DNA of 64,000 nucleotides from a plasmid: sequence record NZ_CP086601.1; one strand, 5' to 3'. Shown piece by piece: positions 62,116 to 64,000 of this stretch (position 1 is its first letter; each line of letters starts with the position of its first letter). The notes under the pieces were generated by a model. It saw only the letters and a program-made list of their open reading frames with translations, ran no database searches and was not told where the DNA came from. The position numbers and the translations under genes were made by a program.

Positions 62116-62922
62116 ATGACGGCTACCGCAGTGATGAATTTGAAGGGCGGGCCTGGCAAAACGGTGTGCGTGAACGGCCTGGCGCACGCGGCGGCCGCAC
62201 GCGGCGAGGCCGTGCTGATCGGCGACATGGACCCGCAGGGGAACACGACTCGACACCTGACCGGATTCCACGCCGACAACGTGCCGCCCACGGGCACGCT
62301 GGCCGACGTGCTGGACAGGCAGGTGGACAAGGAACTGGCCGATGTGGTGCTACCGGCGACGACACGCGAGGGCATCTACGTTGCGCCGTCCGGATTCGGG
62401 GAGATGCAGGCCGTGCAGGACTCGCTACTGGGCAAGCCGGGCGGTGACCTGTCGGTCCGGCGCGCGTTCAAGGACGCCAAGACGCAGGGCCGGGTGTTAT
62501 TCGACACCCGTCCGGCCGTGGATCTGATCACCCGCGGCACAATGCTGTCCTCCGACAACCTGGTCATTGTGGTAGCACCGGAGTTCGACGCCATCGACGG
62601 CATGGTCGCCGTCATCAAAGCGCTCGCTGACCTGGAAGAGTTCATGGACTACCGGCTTCCGATCGCGGGCGTGGTGGTCAACTTGCTCAACAAGTCCCGC
62701 AGCGACCACGCCTCGAATCTCGACTACATCCGCACCTACTGCGCCAACGCTGGCATCCCGGTCCTAGGGGAGCCGTTCCCGCTGGCGGCAGACATCTCGC
62801 GGCTGACGAACGCAGGGCTGGGCATGGACCAGCACCCGCAGCCGACAGCCCGGACCCGGTTCTTCGCCGAGAACTTCGCGGCGATCCTCGACGGTATCGA
62901 CAAGGAGGCTGCCGAGCGATGA
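62116..62922 (+). CDS. parA: ParA partition ATPase (deviant Walker A NLKGGPGKT)
   Basis: MTATAVMNLKGGPGKTVCVNGLAHAAAARGEAVLIGDMDPQGN.. Confidence 0.8.
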   Translation: MTATAVMNLKGGPGKTVCVNGLAHAAAARGEAVLIGDMDPQGNTTRHLTGFHADNVPPTGTLADVLDRQVDKELADVVLPATTREGIYVAPSGFGEMQAVQDSLLGKPGGDLSVRRAFKDAKTQGRVLFDTRPAVDLITRGTMLSSDNLVIVVAPEFDAIDGMVAVIKALADLEEFMDYRLPIAGVVVNLLNKSRSDHASNLDYIRTYCANAGIPVLGEPFPLAADISRLTNAGLGMDQHPQPTARTRFFAENFAAILDGIDKEAAER

Positions 62923-63353
62923 GCAAGATCCCCCCGCCACCATTGCCGGACCCGCAGGAAGCCGCACGCCGGAACCCGTTCGCGCGGGCTCGGGCCGCGG
63001 CGCCGGAACCGGCTGCGGCCACCCTGGAGTCCGATACCGGCCACAGCGGAGATAGCGCCCATAGCGGCACCGGGAAAGACGCTGGTGAAGGCACGGAATC
63101 GGGCGGCACCAGCAAGCGGACCAAGCGGATGGCCCGGTCCAAAGACAAGCTCGTCTCGCTGCCGCTCGACCTGGCCGAGCGGCTGGAATCGGTAGTGGCC
63201 TACACCCATCCGTTCACCGGCAACAGCGAGCACTCGGTGTTCATCCGGGAAGCGATCGCAGAGAAGTGCGCCCGCATGGAAGCGCAGTTCAACAACGGCA
63301 AACGGTGGCCACCGATCCCACCGAAACAGCAGTCCAAGCAACGAACGAACTGA
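62919..63353 (+). CDS. small centromere-binding partition protein (ParG/RHH-like C-terminus, disordered N-terminus); ATGA overlap with parA; AAGGAGG RBS
   Basis: MSKIPPPPLPDPQEAARRNPFARARAAAP..KLVSLPLDLAERLESVVAYTH.. Confidence 0.45.
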   Translation: MSKIPPPPLPDPQEAARRNPFARARAAAPEPAAATLESDTGHSGDSAHSGTGKDAGEGTESGGTSKRTKRMARSKDKLVSLPLDLAERLESVVAYTHPFTGNSEHSVFIREAIAEKCARMEAQFNNGKRWPPIPPKQQSKQRTN

Positions 63354-63439
63354 ACCGACACGGGCGTAAATACAGGCGGTGTGGGCGGTAGCGGCCATAT
63401 GGGCACTACCGCCCACACCGCTTCCATCTGTCCATCCCC

Positions 63440-63937
63440 TCAGCGGATGAGGGGATACCTGTCGGTGGCCAGGGTCCGGTAGAAGAAGGTCTCATTCTCC
63501 AGTGGCGCCGGTCCACCCGGGAATCCGTCCAGCCATTGCGAGAAGTTCAGCGGGGTCGCGGGCGGCATGACCGTGAAGCCCTGCCGTCCGTAGAACTCGG
63601 CCAACCCCCGGTTCTCGGTGAGGAATTGGCCGTAGAGGATCTTCACCCCGCCCCGGTAGGCGGCCGCAGTGGCGGCGCGTACCAGCGCCCGACCGAGCCC
63701 GTGCCGACGGTGGTCGTCGTCCACCGCGACCAGATGCAGCTTGGAGGTGAACAGCATGACCTGCATCACCGCCGTGGTGCCTAGCCTGTGCACTTCGCCG
63801 ACCTCGGAGATGAACTGCGCGGCCGGCCCAATCATCGCGCCGCCGACCACGTGCCCGTCCAGGGTGGCGACAAGCGCATCGGTGCGAGCCCACAGCACCG
63901 CATCGAGATCGCCGCCAAACAGTGACGAGACCATCAT
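63440..63937 (-). CDS. GNAT-family N-acetyltransferase (..HRRHGLGRALV..)
   Basis: 165-aa ORF near window end. Confidence 0.7.
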   Translation of the reverse strand: MMVSSLFGGDLDAVLWARTDALVATLDGHVVGGAMIGPAAQFISEVGEVHRLGTTAVMQVMLFTSKLHLVAVDDDHRRHGLGRALVRAATAAAYRGGVKILYGQFLTENRGLAEFYGRQGFTVMPPATPLNFSQWLDGFPGGPAPLENETFFYRTLATDRYPLIR

Positions 63938-64000
63938 GCGATAGCTGGTGTCGGGGTCGCGAAGACCTGCGCCGAGAAACCCGTCGCCGTGGGGGCTCTG

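Noticed and set aside
1..64000. rRNA, tRNA, tmRNA genes
   Set aside because: No cloverleaf-like or rRNA-like segments noticed by eye. Only a proper tRNA scan could exclude small tRNAs.

Overview
High-GC actinobacterial (Mycobacterium/Nocardia-like) plasmid-type DNA, mosaic of at least six modules. (1) 1-2510: a Tn610-like remnant of a class 1 integron 3'-conserved segment (orf5, sul1) ending in a complete IS6100 (1631-2510) plus an extra 58-bp inverted IS6100 end fragment. (2) 2867-5296: a large AEP primase-polymerase-like replication protein gene, whose downstream ORF is truncated by IS6100. (3) 5558-23691: about 18 kb of minus-strand genes with translational coupling throughout, reading as a type IV secretion/conjugation module for a mycolic-acid cell envelope. 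It encodes lipoproteins, an M23 + NlpC/P60 cell-wall hydrolase, a VirB4-like ATPase, a VirB6/TrbL-like polytopic protein, two pilin-sized membrane proteins, a P-loop protein, a cutinase-like secreted hydrolase and a VirD4-like coupling protein. It also contains an exact 750-bp tandem duplication. A divergent regulatory region with two paralogous tandem-HTH regulators follows at 23990-24958. (4) 25474-32800: accessory genes, namely a P450, an XRE+TPR regulator and small hypotheticals. (5) 32976-39686: a candidate Tn402/Tn5053-family (TniA-TniB-TniQ) transposon with TGTCG termini, two tandem tniQ paralogs and a convergent serine recombinase carrying a 280-aa Cys-rich extension. It is followed by a BrnT/BrnA-like toxin-antitoxin pair, a USP/CBS/TerC stress cluster and a second resolvase. 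(6) 47774-63937: backbone-like maintenance region. Six promoters share a tandem TAGTACTA palindrome operator, with a large ParB/KorB-like protein. There are two heavily structured iteron/inverted-repeat regions (55990-56790 next to lsr2; 60307-60600), a degenerate cluster of type I-E CRISPR-repeat-like hairpins, a parS-parA-parG partition locus and a GNAT gene. A 36-55 bp hairpin-containing repeat occurs four times in intergenic DNA. No rRNA or tRNA and no bona fide CRISPR array or cas genes were seen. All functional calls are from reading the translations and sequence by eye; nothing was searched.
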